Source of the DNA: Phoronis australis
Lineage: Eukaryota > Animalia > Phoronida
Reading direction: 5' to 3'
Length of the DNA stretch: 64,000 nt
Assembly: GCA_002633005.1 (NCBI GenBank)
Contig: NMRA01000005.1
Span: 704,891 to 768,890, forward strand
Numbering within the stretch: the first letter of the stretch is position 1; the number at the start of each line of letters is the position of its first letter. Made by a program: the position numbers and the translations under genes. Under the pieces are notes generated by a model that was not told the origin of the DNA, did no database searches, and saw only the letters and a program-made list of their open reading frames with translations. Positions 25,201-38,400 of this stretch are shown piece by piece.

Positions 25201-26543
25201 GAAATCAAAATACAAATTCTGTACTTTTACTGAAACAAATTCTGTGTTTTTTTAAATACTCATCTGAATGCGCAGACTTGTCGATTAAAGGACCTACGTA
25301 ACATAAAAACCACTTGCGCCACTATCGTCGTTACTCGACATTCACGCTCTAATTTTGCGTCATTAACTTACACACAAATGTCATTTATCAATACCATACC
25401 TGATTTGTGAACTGCACCGTTTAGCTGACCGGCTGGTGGACAGAGGTTAGCTGCTGAACCGTGACATGTCGACGCGCTTGAGTCACAGACGCATGTGTAA
25501 GGATTGAAAGTCAATGAACCCGGACAACGGTGATATCCTTCGTTTCCGTTGCTTATATCTCGCTGATGGAAACATCTACAGTCGTGACTCGAAACCGTGT
25601 AAAGATTTCCTCTTTGTCTGCAGTAACCTACCTTTTTCCCCAAAGCATCTGAAAGGCAGAAACGAACAATCCAAACAAACATGCCTTACTTTGAAAACCT
25701 TTGTTTTGGTTGTTGATAAAAACTCTATTTTGGTCAAAGGGAATGTATATTAGAAACGTTGTTTTCGGTTGTAACACTACATAAATCCACAGATGAGTAT
25801 ATTTTGTGCCAACCAGAATTTCGTGAAAGTCATGGAAACTCTGACGCTTTCAAGTTTGTTCCGCCGGTGGATGTTTCAGTGCTGGGAAAAGTACTCCTTC
25901 ACGTACCTTGGTTGCACTTCTGACCGTAGTTTTTCGAATAGGGTCATTTTCGTGAAGGTTTTAGCAAAGGACTGACGATAACTTCAAATGCATCTGACAG
26001 TACTCGCTCACGAACTGTATTATCTGTAGCACTCTAGCCGCTTATTTAAAAAATCCAGTGCAAGGCTTTTTTATGAAAGGTCGTGCTCCAGACGTTCGTA
26101 AACACGTTATATTGCTTTTTAAGAGAAAAACCAATGCAATTTCCAAACTGTATTTAAAAGCACTTCCGTGAATTGCGCATGCCTGAAAAATGTGTTCGTT
26201 CTATCGACAACTGGGTGAAAGAGTCGACCGTGAAAATGGCCTCCAACGGTTTTCATGGGAATGGTGAAATGTCAAAATTTTGGGGAAATTCGTGAACGAA
26301 ACCAAAAGAATCCATCGTCAGCGGTTTCTATAGAATTTTTTAAGATAACCGCTTGTTTTAAAAGCTTTTGTACCAGAGACCGTACCTATCGTCTTTGTAC
26401 TATGAGCGGTACGTTTTTTTCGTGTCCCTTGGTGTGCCTGGCACTCACGAGAACATCTAGATAGCAAGCGATTGCTTAACTGAAACAAACTTACAGGAAG
26501 ACAACGTCAGTACCCATACGACAACTAACGCTTTGTGGAACAT
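19108..26543 (-). CDS. Secreted protein: signal peptide + 3 variant chitin-binding type-2 (peritrophin-A-like) domains + C-terminal VWA domain, 434 aa
   Basis: Coding exons (minus) 26543-26495, 25648-25400, 23512-23288, 22348-22109, 21690-21340, 19298-19108; 1305 nt, all introns phase 1. Signal peptide MFHKALVVVWVLTLSSYALG. Three C..CxCFxQ..CP..FNP..CVCD..C repeats. VWA with MIDAS DIVFVADGSGS...T...FITDG and TYAIGIG. Confidence 0.9.
19741..19886. repeat. Two adjacent copies of a ~70-bp GC-rich MITE-like repeat (CATGGGCGGC...GCCGCCCATG ends)
   Basis: Related copies near 29268-29392 and 31247-31367. Confidence 0.55.
21340..21690 (-). CDS. Chitin-binding/VWA gene exon (VWA N-terminal part with MIDAS)
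   Basis: DCDNADIVFVADGSGSIRPNFPKIKQFIKTVI...THVGVSQFS...IIFFITD; ttgcag / gtaagt. Confidence 0.92.
21677..21864. repeat. 94-bp tandem duplication spanning the VWA exon splice acceptor
   Basis: cgcgttgtcacaatctgcaagttagtcgaaatgttcgttt... starts at both 21677 and 21771. Confidence 0.92.
22109..22348 (-). CDS. Chitin-binding/VWA gene exon (chitin-binding repeat 3)
   Basis: GNINPDGLSCKSHGNLYTIKSKDCKCFKQ...CCPIGTTFNPAVCVCD; tttccag / gtaagc. Confidence 0.85.
23288..23512 (-). CDS. Chitin-binding/VWA gene exon (chitin-binding repeat 2)
   Basis: GDGYCERRQNRYTISNKDCTCFHQ...RCPAPLKFNPAVCVCDWPWNFKC; tttcag / gtaaga. Confidence 0.9.
24582..24742. repeat. Perfect minisatellite, 20 bp x 8
   Basis: tatacggacatagcctggtg head-to-tail with no spacers; intronic. 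Confidence 0.97.
25400..25648 (-). CDS. Chitin-binding/VWA gene exon (chitin-binding repeat 1)
   Basis: ALGKKVGYCRQRGNLYTVSSHDCRCFHQ...RCPGSLTFNPYTCVCD; tttcag / gtatgg. Confidence 0.9.
26495..26543 (-). CDS. Chitin-binding/VWA gene first coding exon (signal peptide)
   Basis: caaacATG context; MFHKALVVVWVLTLSS hydrophobic; gtaagt donor in phase 1 matches the next exon; exon starts at 26560 after a ctttttag acceptor. Confidence 0.85.
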
Positions 26544-27246
26544 GTTTGCGCCGCCTCAGTCTAAAAAGAGAAACGAAAGCAGTTATGAATTCAAACTACC
26601 ATAAGTGTATGCATAGGTCTGGTCTCAATAGGCAATTTTCGGGGGAAATCTGTTTGATGTGTATTTAGCATGCATGTATCGCGCAAATCTACAACACGCT
26701 GATATTGACACAAACTTACAGTGGCGTCGAGAGGGCAGCCACGGGGGCCACTGCCTAAGGCTAGTGCGATTTAAGGGGGCTCGCCGGTGAAGTAAAAATA
26801 ACGGTACATTAAGAAATCCCTAGAGGTTTGGGTCCTTCGGTGGAAGCCCGTACAGAAGGAAATTTGTGAGATCAATTTCACCCTCCGTACTTTTGGCATC
26901 GTTTGTCTGCAACGCTTGAAAATGGGGAGGTCTGTGGATGTGTAGTGGGGGAGGGGGTTGAGGAATGTGTTAGGGGGGGGGGGGGNTAAGGGGTGCCGTA
27001 TTGCCCGGGGCCCACATTGGCTCTAGACACAACTGCAAACATTGGAAGTTCCCAGAGATTTGGATGGGTCATCTTAAACCCAGAAAATATCTTAGCGAAA
27101 ATTCACCTGGAATTTTGTTTCTTTGGAGGAGCGTACTTTCTGCATGTAGGAGGAAGCCACGGAAGTTTTACCCGTTGACAAATGTTGAGCGACATATTTT
27201 TAATCATCTGGCAATGTGTGGATTTACTTTTTTATATTTTTACTTT

Positions 27247-28100
27247 GCTCTTGCATGATAATTACATGTCACATAAAACAATACAGTATACTTCGTTCAC
27301 AAAGAGTAACATCAAATCATTAGTCAACAAGTACCGTATTTCCTTCAGGATGTAATTTAATAAAGTTAATGTACAATTGGAAATTAAGTTTTTTTAACAA
27401 ACTTTTGGCTAAATATGCAATTTTTTGCTAGCATGATCAACAGATTAATGTTACAATTTTCCGACTGAATGTTTCCCAAATAACCAAAAAACACTGCTAT
27501 TTTGTCCACGTGAAAATTTACAGGATATGTTTGTTTTAACCACTCAGCAAACAGGAGCCAGAAACCGGAGACAAGACGACATCTGATTCCCAAAAGAGAT
27601 GTACAAAAGTTTCACTGTGTTCACCACAGCAAGAGCATAGATCACTTGTTTTTATTTTAATTTTATGTAAATAATTATTAGTTGGTAATATTCTGTGAAT
27701 TAAGCGGTATTGAAACCAACGCAACTTTGCATCTTTTGTACAATTGAAGGGGAGTTTATTTGCTTTTCTCCACCATGTATCAGAGTCACTAAAATTTACA
27801 TTATTTATAACACCATTTATATCTATCTCGGATGACCACTTGTTTTTATATTCACAAGCTGTCTGAAGTGATTGTACCAAGCTGTCATAAATATTTACCG
27901 CTTGTGATTTATTATGTATAATTTTATAAATATAACTTGGAAAATTTGGTAAAAATATATTGTCTTGACTATTCTTAAGACCCCTGTACGCTGCAAAGGT
28001 TGCACTTCTTAATCCATAGAATTCTAGTATTGGAGGTTGAAAGTTATAACTATTACAGAGTTGTTCGTATGACATAAAAGAACCTTCAGCATTAAACAAA
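27247..28100 (-). mobile_element. L1/Tx1-clade LINE 3' fragment (zf-RVT region)
   Basis: LRWFQYRLIHRILPTNNYLHKIKIKTSDLCSCCGEHSETFVHLFW; closely similar, inverted, to 54231-55083. Confidence 0.85.
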
Positions 28101-28163
28101 TGTGTGGATTTACTTACAATACTTATATTTATAATAACAATAACAGAAATACTAACAAGTACA

Positions 28164-28190
28164 ACGACGACGACGACGACGACGACGACG
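28164..28190. repeat. (GAC)n microsatellite
   Basis: acgacgacg... run; source of the poly-V in ORF 27536-28276. Confidence 0.85.
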
Positions 28191-28704
28191 AGTAGAAGAC
28201 TAAGAAGAAGAAGAATAGAAACAGTGTAGTCATGATAGAAATCGTGGTATTTGAAATAATTAAAAACGATTGTCAAACTGTCTGCTGACCAGTCATCTTA
28301 AAATTAGCGACTGGAAACTTTTGAACGTATTTTGCACCTTTGATATTTGGCACTGTAGAGAGTACTAAGATCAGTGAAACGAGCATAGAGAAACGACTTT
28401 CATTCAAAACCATTGGGTTGAATAGAAACTTACCCACCTATGAAGGATTGCCCGAATGCGGTTTCTTTTGTCAGGTCTGTCGATCTGTCGGTTCTCTTTC
28501 CAACAACTCGAGAATTTATACTGTTTTCTGACCCAGTTATAGCGATTGTTAAGCCCGAAATTTCTAATTTTAGAAACATTCGTGTCCCCTGTCGAGTAAT
28601 TTACGTATGAATATTGACAGTTCTTAAACCGCAATTTAAATTCTGTGTCATCTACGTGAGCTTGATTTGATTTATTACAAATGTCTTTTTTTATTAGTCA
28701 CTTA

Positions 28705-28750
28705 CACCGTCTGCTTCGGTTATTTATTAAGCACGCTTCTTCCCTCAGTA
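28705..28750 (-). other. Putative non-coding 5' UTR exon of the chitin-binding/VWA gene
   Basis: Strong acceptor gtttgttttcttgcag and donor gtaagt; 46 bp; no ATG. Confidence 0.45.
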
Positions 28751-29461
28751 CTGCAAGAAAACAAACTGAATGAAGTCGGTAACTTAAAATGGCTCATCCA
28801 AGGGCTCCATTTTATTTAATGCTACCTTGTTAAACAGCAGTGCCATAGTGAGGATTCTCGTGGCCTTGTAAAAAGCACTGTGATGCCAGAGTTCCTTGTA
28901 ATTTGGTCTGCTCCGGTAGCCACAACTGTCTTAACGGCCGTCACGAACGTTCTCCCTCCACGTCGTCATATTTTTCTAACCCCCACCTCGTCGCCAGAGC
29001 CTTGGAGCCCTTGCCGTCCCGCTTTTGTATGCAAACAAATGCTCTTGCGTCCGAGAAGGGGCTCTGAATTTTTGCAGGTCGTTGAGCTGTAATTCTCTCA
29101 ATGTATAATGCGGCACTGCTGGACACCCGACGTCAACCGTCGAAAGTTGGTTACATGTCTAAGGTCATATCAGCTACACTTAACACAGAGCACGCGACTG
29201 AGCTATATCTGAACAAAGGATTCGTTTAAGTTTGTTACCATTGTAATATTTTGTAAGAATCCAATAATGAGCGACGCACCATAGCCCCCCTTCCCCTTAT
29301 TTGAGGGCTGCACCTCCATCTCCGTGGGTGGCGCACCCAATAGGGGGCTTAGGGTTATAGCCCCCGCTTATTTCAATGCTGCGCCGCCCATGATATTGCT
29401 ATATTCAACCACAGTAGGTGTATATGTTTAAAAATCAACCTCACAAATTGGTAAAACATAC

Positions 29462-29493
29462 CTCTGTTTGATTTCCACGAAAATTAATGTCTT
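29462..29493 (-). other. Putative non-coding 5' UTR exon of the chitin-binding/VWA gene
   Basis: Acceptor tttttttctctgcag and donor gtatgt; 32 bp. Confidence 0.4.
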
Positions 29494-32269
29494 CTGCAGA
29501 GAAAAAAAATCCCAATTATGTCTTTAGTGATAACGTATATGTAAGATATATTCTGTATTTATGAAACGAAAGTAAGTATATTTATTGCTAAAAAGTGTCA
29601 ACGGGGTGTCTGACAATTTGACGTGAAGCTCGATACTCAGTGTCACCGCTGGTAACTTGTTCATATAAGTTATCATGACGTGTTCATGGTTGAAATGCGT
29701 TTAATGTGTCATATCAGAAAACACGATCAAAATATTAAGCTGCGCAGTGCTCTCAATTGACGACGTGTCCATTAATCAAAAATGGCGGAAACTGCTCTCC
29801 ATTTAGAATACGAAATGTCAATTTCGTGTTTTAGTTTTGTACTCCACAAACAGTGTACGTGATCTTCCTCGTTTTGCTCGCGAAGGTCCCAAAAATAGAC
29901 CAAACAAACAAATTAATTTGAATATGTCATTTTCGTATATTCCACCGGAATAACTTGTTTTCAAATACTCAGTAACTTGACTTGAAAAATATTTGATGGT
30001 TTCATATCAAAATTTTAACGATAAGCCTAACGTAACCGACATAAATTCTTGATGAATACCAATTAACCGCCATTGTTTTGTTATTTGAATGACATATTGC
30101 GAGAACTGATTTTGGCAAATCCATAATGATTCTATTTACATTCTTCATAGGTATTGTTGAGAGCACCACGATCACGTTTAGCTTCATTGGTACACCAAAT
30201 GATTGAGAGTAGATGAGTTCGTTGGAAACTCATGCGCACACCCAGTACCGTATTTATTGCTAGTCATGTTGTACGNCACTACACCCAAGGCCGGGGGGTC
30301 TAATCCTTGTGCTCAAAAATCATTTTTGTGATGTTCTATTCTATTTTTGTGCGAACTTGTGATTAGAGTCTATTATTTTGTGCTCCAGTAGATTATAGTT
30401 TATGCTCATGACTTTCTAATCCAGGTTCTGACTTCATCACACGGCCCCTATATTTGCGATACAAAGTCGAGTGAGAACTCGAAATTTCAAATTCAGTCTC
30501 AATGCTGGGGTTATCAAGGGCAAACTGAGTACGTCCTCATGCACTCGAGTTTCTCTTGAGTTCGCACAAGTGTAGACAAGAAAATGACAAAAATTCGAAT
30601 TAGATTTCGAGTAAAAAGATTAGACCCTAGGCCTTGGTCTATATCGCTGATTATGCAACTGAATACCAAAAACGTTTGGATTTAGAAGCCGGGTAAAAAT
30701 CCACCGTATGGCATTTCGCTGATATCGGTTTGATCCTCTCCCCATAACACATCGGTTCCCCTTATCATAACATACCGGTTTGATCGTCTCATCAGAACAT
30801 TTACTGGTGAGTCGTGACGGCTTCCTATAGTGCGTTTTCACTGTTTTATGTTGTGTGGAAAAGACATTTCTATTCGAATGTATAGTGATGACGTAGTCTG
30901 CCACAGTTATGACGCAAACACGAACAGAAATGTACACTCACAGCACATTTTAAAAAATTTTACGGGTCTGGTAACCATGAGCTATAGATTTATTTCGAAC
31001 GCTCATTTTAAACCCTTTCAGTTATCATAGCAGACTCGACATATGCATACACTGTTTCATATCCATGACTTCATTGTTATTGTCAACCTGTATGTGGCCG
31101 AAACATGTGCAGTGAAAGTGTTGCTCTGATTTTAAGATGATAAACAAATGGTACGAGTAAATGAAAGCGGTGTATGCTATTTATTTCTAAAACGGGATAA
31201 GATTAGGGTAGATGCCATATTGTTTCAAGAAACTAAAACGTCGCAACATGGGACGACAGTCCCTCCAGCCTCCTGTGGTGCGCTGCCCATGACCATGGGC
31301 GGCAGTGCCTTGAAATAAGTAGGGGGAGGCTATAGCCCTCCCAGACCCCTATGGTGCGCCGCCCATGTACAAAAAATAAATGTTCACATTGATATGTCTG
31401 TTATACATCGCTACTTTAGCAAGGCCATATGTAGAAACTCCAGTACTGGCGGTTGCATAAAATAGTCCCAAATGGAGACTCAACTAAGTTCCCTAAATCT
31501 GTTGCGTATTTGTTTCGTTCTCTATTCACAGATATAGTACTTTATCTATCATTTTATATTAATTATGAGCTACTGTGTGACTTATGACATTTTCTAATAA
31601 TATATTAACAAAAAATTTAGTCCTTAATTCGGTCAAAATAATTAGGGACTTAGTCCTTAAATTAGGGGGCGTTGCATGAAAAGACCCCTTCCCATTTTCA
31701 ATACTGTTGAGAAGTTAACGAAAAGTTCACTCTCGATTTTTATCAACGCCAAAAACTGACTGAGTAATATCAGACTCAAACAGTAGAAGGAAGGACAGTC
31801 AATGTTTTCACATACTCACAAATACGCAGTAGACTAAGGGAACTTAGCTGAGACTTTTTCATGCAACGGGGCACAGGAAGAATAAACTGTTCCAGTATGA
31901 CAAACAGCCTATAGTTCGAGTCGTGATTCAGTAAAGCTAACGAGATTAAAACTCGCCTAATTACACTGCTCTAAACGTACCTTACATAAAAATTGCTCCT
32001 AACACTCCACGTTATAAAAATGGTCTCGGTTTTCTCTTTGCTCAGGTTCCAAAAAATATCTGGACCTATACAAAGAAATGGCGGTTAACGCGTTGAGACC
32101 ACGCAAAACAATATACGCTTGAACTTCGTTGGCGTCTGGTAATTCATGTATTCGTCGAGCATGACTACCAAACTGACACCTATTGGCAACACACAATGAA
32201 TCAAATGTAACTTTATCAACGACAATACTTTCTTCTAGTCTTCTCAAATCAATGAAAACTTCGAAGTAA

Positions 32270-32580
32270 AACATTATTCTGCCTGCACCACCAACAATAT
32301 CATTTACCTAATAACATGTACAAAATGTTCCATTCAATATGTAGGACACTAAACTCGGCATAATCTACAAACTCGGAAGATTTAACATAATATATAAAAC
32401 ATTTCTGATACTATAGGTAATCATTTCAATTCCAAAACCATAGTCTACAAGATCTTTCTGTACAAATAACAAAAAAAACTCCAATACTCCAGTACCCCTC
32501 ACAGACTCAAAAGAGAACAATTTTGGATAAATAGGCTTAACACACTTGAACCCAAGGGATTAAACAAAGACTTTTTAAAT
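32270..32580 (+). mobile_element. Penelope-like element remnant (GIY-YIG endonuclease C-terminus), degenerate
   Basis: NNIIYLITCTKCSIQYVG ... HFN ... KREQFWINRLNTLEPKGLNK, with stop and frameshifts. Confidence 0.8.
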
Positions 32581-33529
32581 TATATCCTTTACTTTTTTCC
32601 GCAACAATCTATCATGTTCATTACGCCAAATATCACGTCATTTGCCATATCGTGTTTCATTTTTTTAATTACTTTATTTCCGTTTCTCACAAAGGATGTG
32701 ATTATATCCAAAAATTTCAGTTGATCCATTATTGTTGTTTTATTTACACGAATATGGTCTACATTTCGTCAAACAATAGTATCCTTCAGACGATCTGGAT
32801 CACCTCATTTAGTTTCAGATTTATTTTCTACCACTTACACCTAAGAACAGATCTAAAGATCCTTTCGGCGTAAAGAGCAAGTAGATCGAAACAATTTTTC
32901 GGGCTTTCAAGTTACTTAACTGTTGTACATTAAATTCTTCATAATGTACATTAAAAAATCTAGGACATCTTAACATAAGTAAATGGCCAAAAAACAAAAA
33001 GTTATTGTTTTACACAGGGCGGGTTAATAGTGCATTTTAGAAGTACGTTGCACTTAACATTGTTCCCTAGCAGTAGTAACGGTTCTCGGGTGGCAACAAT
33101 AAATTGAATTTTTTTCCAACCCATTATCGACAGATCCCACAAAGGTGCGAAGGCAGTCAGTCACCGATAGATTGCACGTTGCTAACTAAAATATTGTTAC
33201 CTCACTGTAGTACGTGTATTTCGCTTTGTAATCATTTAGCCATGTCAATTTCTGTTTTGGTGACTGTAATGTAACGTTGTTCAGCCGAGTAAATTTCAAA
33301 GGCACCAATTATTTTGTATATGAAGATTTCCACAGGATGTGGTAATGAGAAGAAGGTGACTTGTACCAATTCTAAACAGGCAAGAACTCATCCTAATGTA
33401 AAAACTACATATATGTTCAAGAACAAGCTATATATCGATGGACATATTTTCCAGTCGAAACAAAGGGTGAATTACCATCGTTCGCACAGGACTAGGAACT
33501 GATATAACCGGTGGGTGGATGTAAACAAC

Positions 33530-33810
33530 TGGATCGTTTCGAAAACTGGCGAATCTCTCGAACTGAACTTACATGAGGTTTTGTTTGGAAGGCATAATGC
33601 CGAACATGTTATTAATTTGGTTACGTTTGGTCAAATATCACATTTATAAAGCGAGATTAAACTCTGTCGTTCTGTGTTTGCAGCTACTCAAAAAGAACTC
33701 TAGATATCACGACTTTGAAAAAGTAATTTTCTATAATAATTATGAATACGACTTATTCTTTGCAGGGTGGACCCCTACAATTCATTTGCGTAATTTTCCA
33801 ATTTGACAGT
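33530..33810 (+). mobile_element. Degenerate L1/Tx1-type LINE 3' end fragment
   Basis: Frameshifted LELNLHEVLFG..VINL..VKYHIYKARL motif typical of the ORF2 C-terminus. Confidence 0.55.
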
Positions 33811-35430
33811 ATTCTGATCCCGTATGTTTTGTGATGTGTGTATGCGTGCGTGTTTGTGTGTTCTACTATGACATATTTTGTTCAATAAATATATGTAAAA
33901 TAGTTGTTCAGACTTCAACTATTAAGTTCCGAAACAAAGACAAATTTCAGGTTAGATCGTGCCGTCCGCAGAATCGACACCATCTTCTGCTTTTCAAATC
34001 CCAAAGCCCATTTGACTTCAGCCTGTTAGCGCACTTTTATGAAAAATAAATTCAATAAACGATAATGTCCCAGCGCAATGTGCAATTGCCATTTATGTTC
34101 GACATGTGTTTCGTTATGAACATAGAAACATAGACCGTGCGTCAGCGTTTGCAGACATTAAAAGTGGAATTGGGTTGGCGAAAATGATCATTAACTATGA
34201 CGTAGCAATGGACATGAAAGTCTTTGAAGCGAGCATAGAAAATCTAACAGTTAATGAATTAAGAGGATAGAGGAAGCTAAATAGAACAACATAAAACATA
34301 AAAGATAAACAGAACCGAAAAACATAAAATATGGGACATAAAGAGAAAATGAGGTATAAAAAAACGTCACAACACAAGAAGGAACGATCCAAACAGTCAA
34401 AAGGGGGATCAGATTAGAAGGATGGGTACACATGCTCACATAAATATATTTAAATAATGAATTCAATTTAATGTAATGTATCACTCTACAGCAGGAATGT
34501 GCAAATTTTAGTTTCATTTGCTCTTTCCAGGGTTGAACAACAATCAGTCTAAACAATTCATATGGCAAGAAATAATGGGGTTTACCCACTCACAAATTGG
34601 TGGATAGAGTGAGACTCGAATCACATGACACGAACACTGACCTGAAGAATATTAACTCCAGTTTGAGAAGAGATGTAAGCAAGAGCATAATAATGACCTT
34701 GGTTTAGTTCAAATAACACTAAAACAGTTGAAAAAGCAATATATTATTGGATGAAGTGCTAATAAACCATTATCATCCTAAAACCAATGGCGCAACTAAA
34801 TGAATACACCTTAATAAAAGAATAAAATATTTGCGAATAAGTGCTGCAAAAAAATCTTTCGACTAGGCACATAATAATTGCCTTCCATTCACAAAAGCAA
34901 AACAAAGCACATGATAAAAGTTGAGAAATGAAAACCACTGACAAAATGGTATGGCAGTTTACACTTCTTCAGTTATACAGGTAAAATGGGGCATACCTGG
35001 GTCATTACATACAGGACAGTGCTCTGAATGGCAGCACACCGCGGATAATTAAGTAATTAAGCCATTGCCCTAACACAAGAGTATTCCCATCAACTCAACC
35101 ATACACCATTTGGAATGCAAACCCCGGCATGAAATTTAAAAGCAAAAACAAGGACTTCCTTTGCTTTAACATGAACACAAAACCCATCGGTGGTTTTCAA
35201 AGATGTCACAGTGTCTTATAATGCTTTAAATATCACAGACTGTTTATGTGAGGTAGGGTTAGCCACAGGATCTCTTACTTTGGCTGCAGTGCTAAACATG
35301 GCGTGTCACTTGTCCAGGTCTAAGGTATAAACTATGTCTATAAAAATGAAACAGAGTACTTTCATGCCACAGGAGCGTTCAATGCAAGAAATACAATTTC
35401 CGATCTTTCCTTTGGCAGCAAGATTGTACT

Positions 35431-35487
35431 TCATGCAGGCTGTCCACCGATAAATTTCATAGTGGGGATGCCCTTGATCTTGAGTAA
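35431..35487 (-). CDS. CARD-kinase-caspase gene terminal exon 16
   Basis: LLKIKGIPTMKFIGGQPA*; strong acceptor tttttatgtttcag, phase 0. Confidence 0.65.
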   Translation of the reverse strand, partial: LLKIKGIPTMKFIGGQPA

Positions 35488-38400
35488 CTGAAACATAAAA
35501 ACCACTTGTTAACACATTTTAAATCATGTATTACCTTAATGTCAGATGTCTGTTGGTAATACATTGGAGAAACTTTTCAATGTGTCTACTGCTACACGTC
35601 AAGGGTAATTTTCAAGCCTTTAAGCAAGAGAACCCCCAACATTAACAGTCATGCGATGATAGTTCCTATTGTAAAACATTTAATAAAAAATGCTCGTAAA
35701 AACTCGCTCCTCCATCACTAACAGTTTCGGCCTAAGGCAGACAACTTGCGGTGTGACTAAGGGACAAATCCCATGATCAAGCACTGCTCACAACATTCGC
35801 TTAAGACACATAAGCGATCTAATGTTATGTATTGTTTGACTGCAACGCATCATATATTGGCATGACTAGTCGAATTTTGAAACTTAGACTTAATGAGCAT
35901 TCTAGGCTAAAAACAGTTCTGTTAATAGCCATGTGATAGATACCAGTCACGAAATTTTTACAATGTCAGAATTTTATATCACGATGCCTGTAAATTCCGT
36001 CTGTTTGGAAAATAAAGTTTTAAAATTTTAGAGCACAAACCCCAACTCAATAGAATGTCCTCATCCTATTATATCCAGCTATTCACACACTCTCTGTAAT
36101 TTCTTTCAAAAAAGTTCAAGCAAATAAATAAATATAAAAACAAAATTTCCTGCCATATGTTTTGCACGTGCGTATTCATTCTCTTGAAAATACAGCTCGG
36201 TGGAAATTGTGAAACGTCGAGTACTTGTAATAAAGAATTTTATAAAATCTTGATCGTCAATTTTATCCTAGTCCCAGCGTTCATTAAATCTGTCGACCTT
36301 ACCACAACGTACTGAGGCACACAGTTGTAGACATTTAACCTGTGTCCTTAGTAGACCGTCTGGCAACTATGAACAATTGGAGGTAAAGTTCGGAGATTAG
36401 ACCCTAGGACCTGATCACTCACAAACATTCAAGTTCCATTGGCCCAAAGATAACCCAGAGAGTGAAATCACATTGCTGGTCCCAGGGAATAACAGTCATC
36501 TCTTGTAGTCCAACACCGATTGGAACCACGAAACAAAATGCCAAAGCTGTCAAAATCTCCTTAAAGACGCAACAAATCGTGACTTTCTACAAAGGCGAAT
36601 TTCCTTTTCCAAACCAACATCATCACATTCTTACCTTTCATTTGAATTGAAATTGGCTATTGCTACGAACCTCACCCCCGGCTAGACACACTGCATTATT
36701 TGGTGGGTGAAACTTACCCACAACCCACTACAACAGGAAGTCAATGTTACTCTGAACTAGTAAATGACCTATCAGTTCTTCTCTAGCTTCTCATTTGAGT
36801 AAAGAACAATCTGTGAGACCAATTTAAAACAGAGCGGACCCTTTAAACTCACCTCTGAGAGATCATTAAAATTTTCAAGCTCTTTATTCCAACTTGTATA
36901 CAACTTGTAGTTTTCTGATTTGCTATAACTTTCTGGAAGATTCACATCTAAAACAATAACATAACCTTAAATAATGTATCGGACAAGGTATACAATAACA
37001 CCAGTCCTATTCTGGACAAAAATAATTGACAGATGACTTTTTCCTATTTTTCAAAGTCTGTCTTGTTACATATACTGAAATCTTCACAAAATGTTATTTT
37101 ATCATGTAAAAACCTAGGTATCAAAGACTTGCTCTTTTTGTTGAGAAATTATAGACAAAATCACAGTTCCCTTTACTGCCATATTGTGTGCTAAACAGGT
37201 GAAGAATCACCGGGGTACTATACTAGGGTAAAACTTCTCCAGTTTGGGACAATCTCTAGAGTTTGGGACAAGGAAACTCCTATAAGAATGAAGAATTTTT
37301 TGTTTTAGGAATTTGGGACAAGGGCCAATTTGGCCATATTTCTCAAATTTCAGTCATTTTCAACCTACAGAGTGGGCAGTTTTACCCTCTTTCCAATGAT
37401 TCTTGAATATGGGACGGCCAATATTGACTATTTCTAGAATTTGGGACAGGCTCGATCCTTGAGCAAGTCCCAAAATCGAGAATTGTTACTAACAGTACTT
37501 CAACTTTTCTAACTTTACTTATGGTCCAGTAAACAATTATCCTACCAACTACACAATCATTTGGTGTTGATCACATTAGTTTTAGGCCAAAACATGCGCA
37601 CAAACTTTAAAATTAGAGTGTAAGTAAACAAAAACATATTGATCAGACGTTTCAATCAGGTAACACAGGTGGAGAAATTGTAAATGCGCAGTCTGTTCTC
37701 CACCTGATTGAATAATGTGAACTTTTGCCTTGAGAATGCTTTATAGTGAATAATGTACAGTCTGTTCTCCACCCGATTGAATAATGTGAACTTTTGCCTT
37801 GAGAATGGTTTATAGTAAACAAACCAAAACGTAGGATCAATATGACTTTGTTTACTAACGCTAATTTTAAAGTTCATACATTTGGTGTAAACACCAACAA
37901 AGCAGGAACAACAACTAGGAGAGTGAATTTACTAAGTAAACATCGAAACACTTTCCACAAAAATGTTTAAGCTCATAGCCTTCAACCACAGTTTCTAATA
38001 TAGTAAGTTGACTATCTCCGTTACAGTGGCGGATCTACAGGGGGGGTTCAGGGGGTTTAAACCCCCCCCCTCGGGCCAGGACCCAAAAATTAAAAAAACA
38101 AAAAAAACAAAAGCGGCTCCAGCAAAACAAAAACGGCACCGCCAGCGTGTGTAAACCCCAAGTAAACCAACTTGGAAAAAATTGAGGGGGGGGGTTCACT
38201 CTGAAAATATAGTTTTTTGCGTTGTGAATTGCTGAGTCTTTGTGGCCCATCGGCAATACGCGCGGGGATTTATTGTGCGCGCGCTTCCGTCGACACTTCT
38301 GAAGTAGCCAAGCATTTTAGATGGATTCATCACTGAAAGAGCAGTTCTATAGCTGATTTCTTTAGGTAACTAGCTTCTTCACTCTAAGATATATTTTGAT

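Noticed and set aside
36340-36700. Alternative terminal exons for the kinase-caspase gene
   Set aside because: Weaker acceptors and early stops or featureless peptides; 35487-35431 has a stronger acceptor and the right phase.
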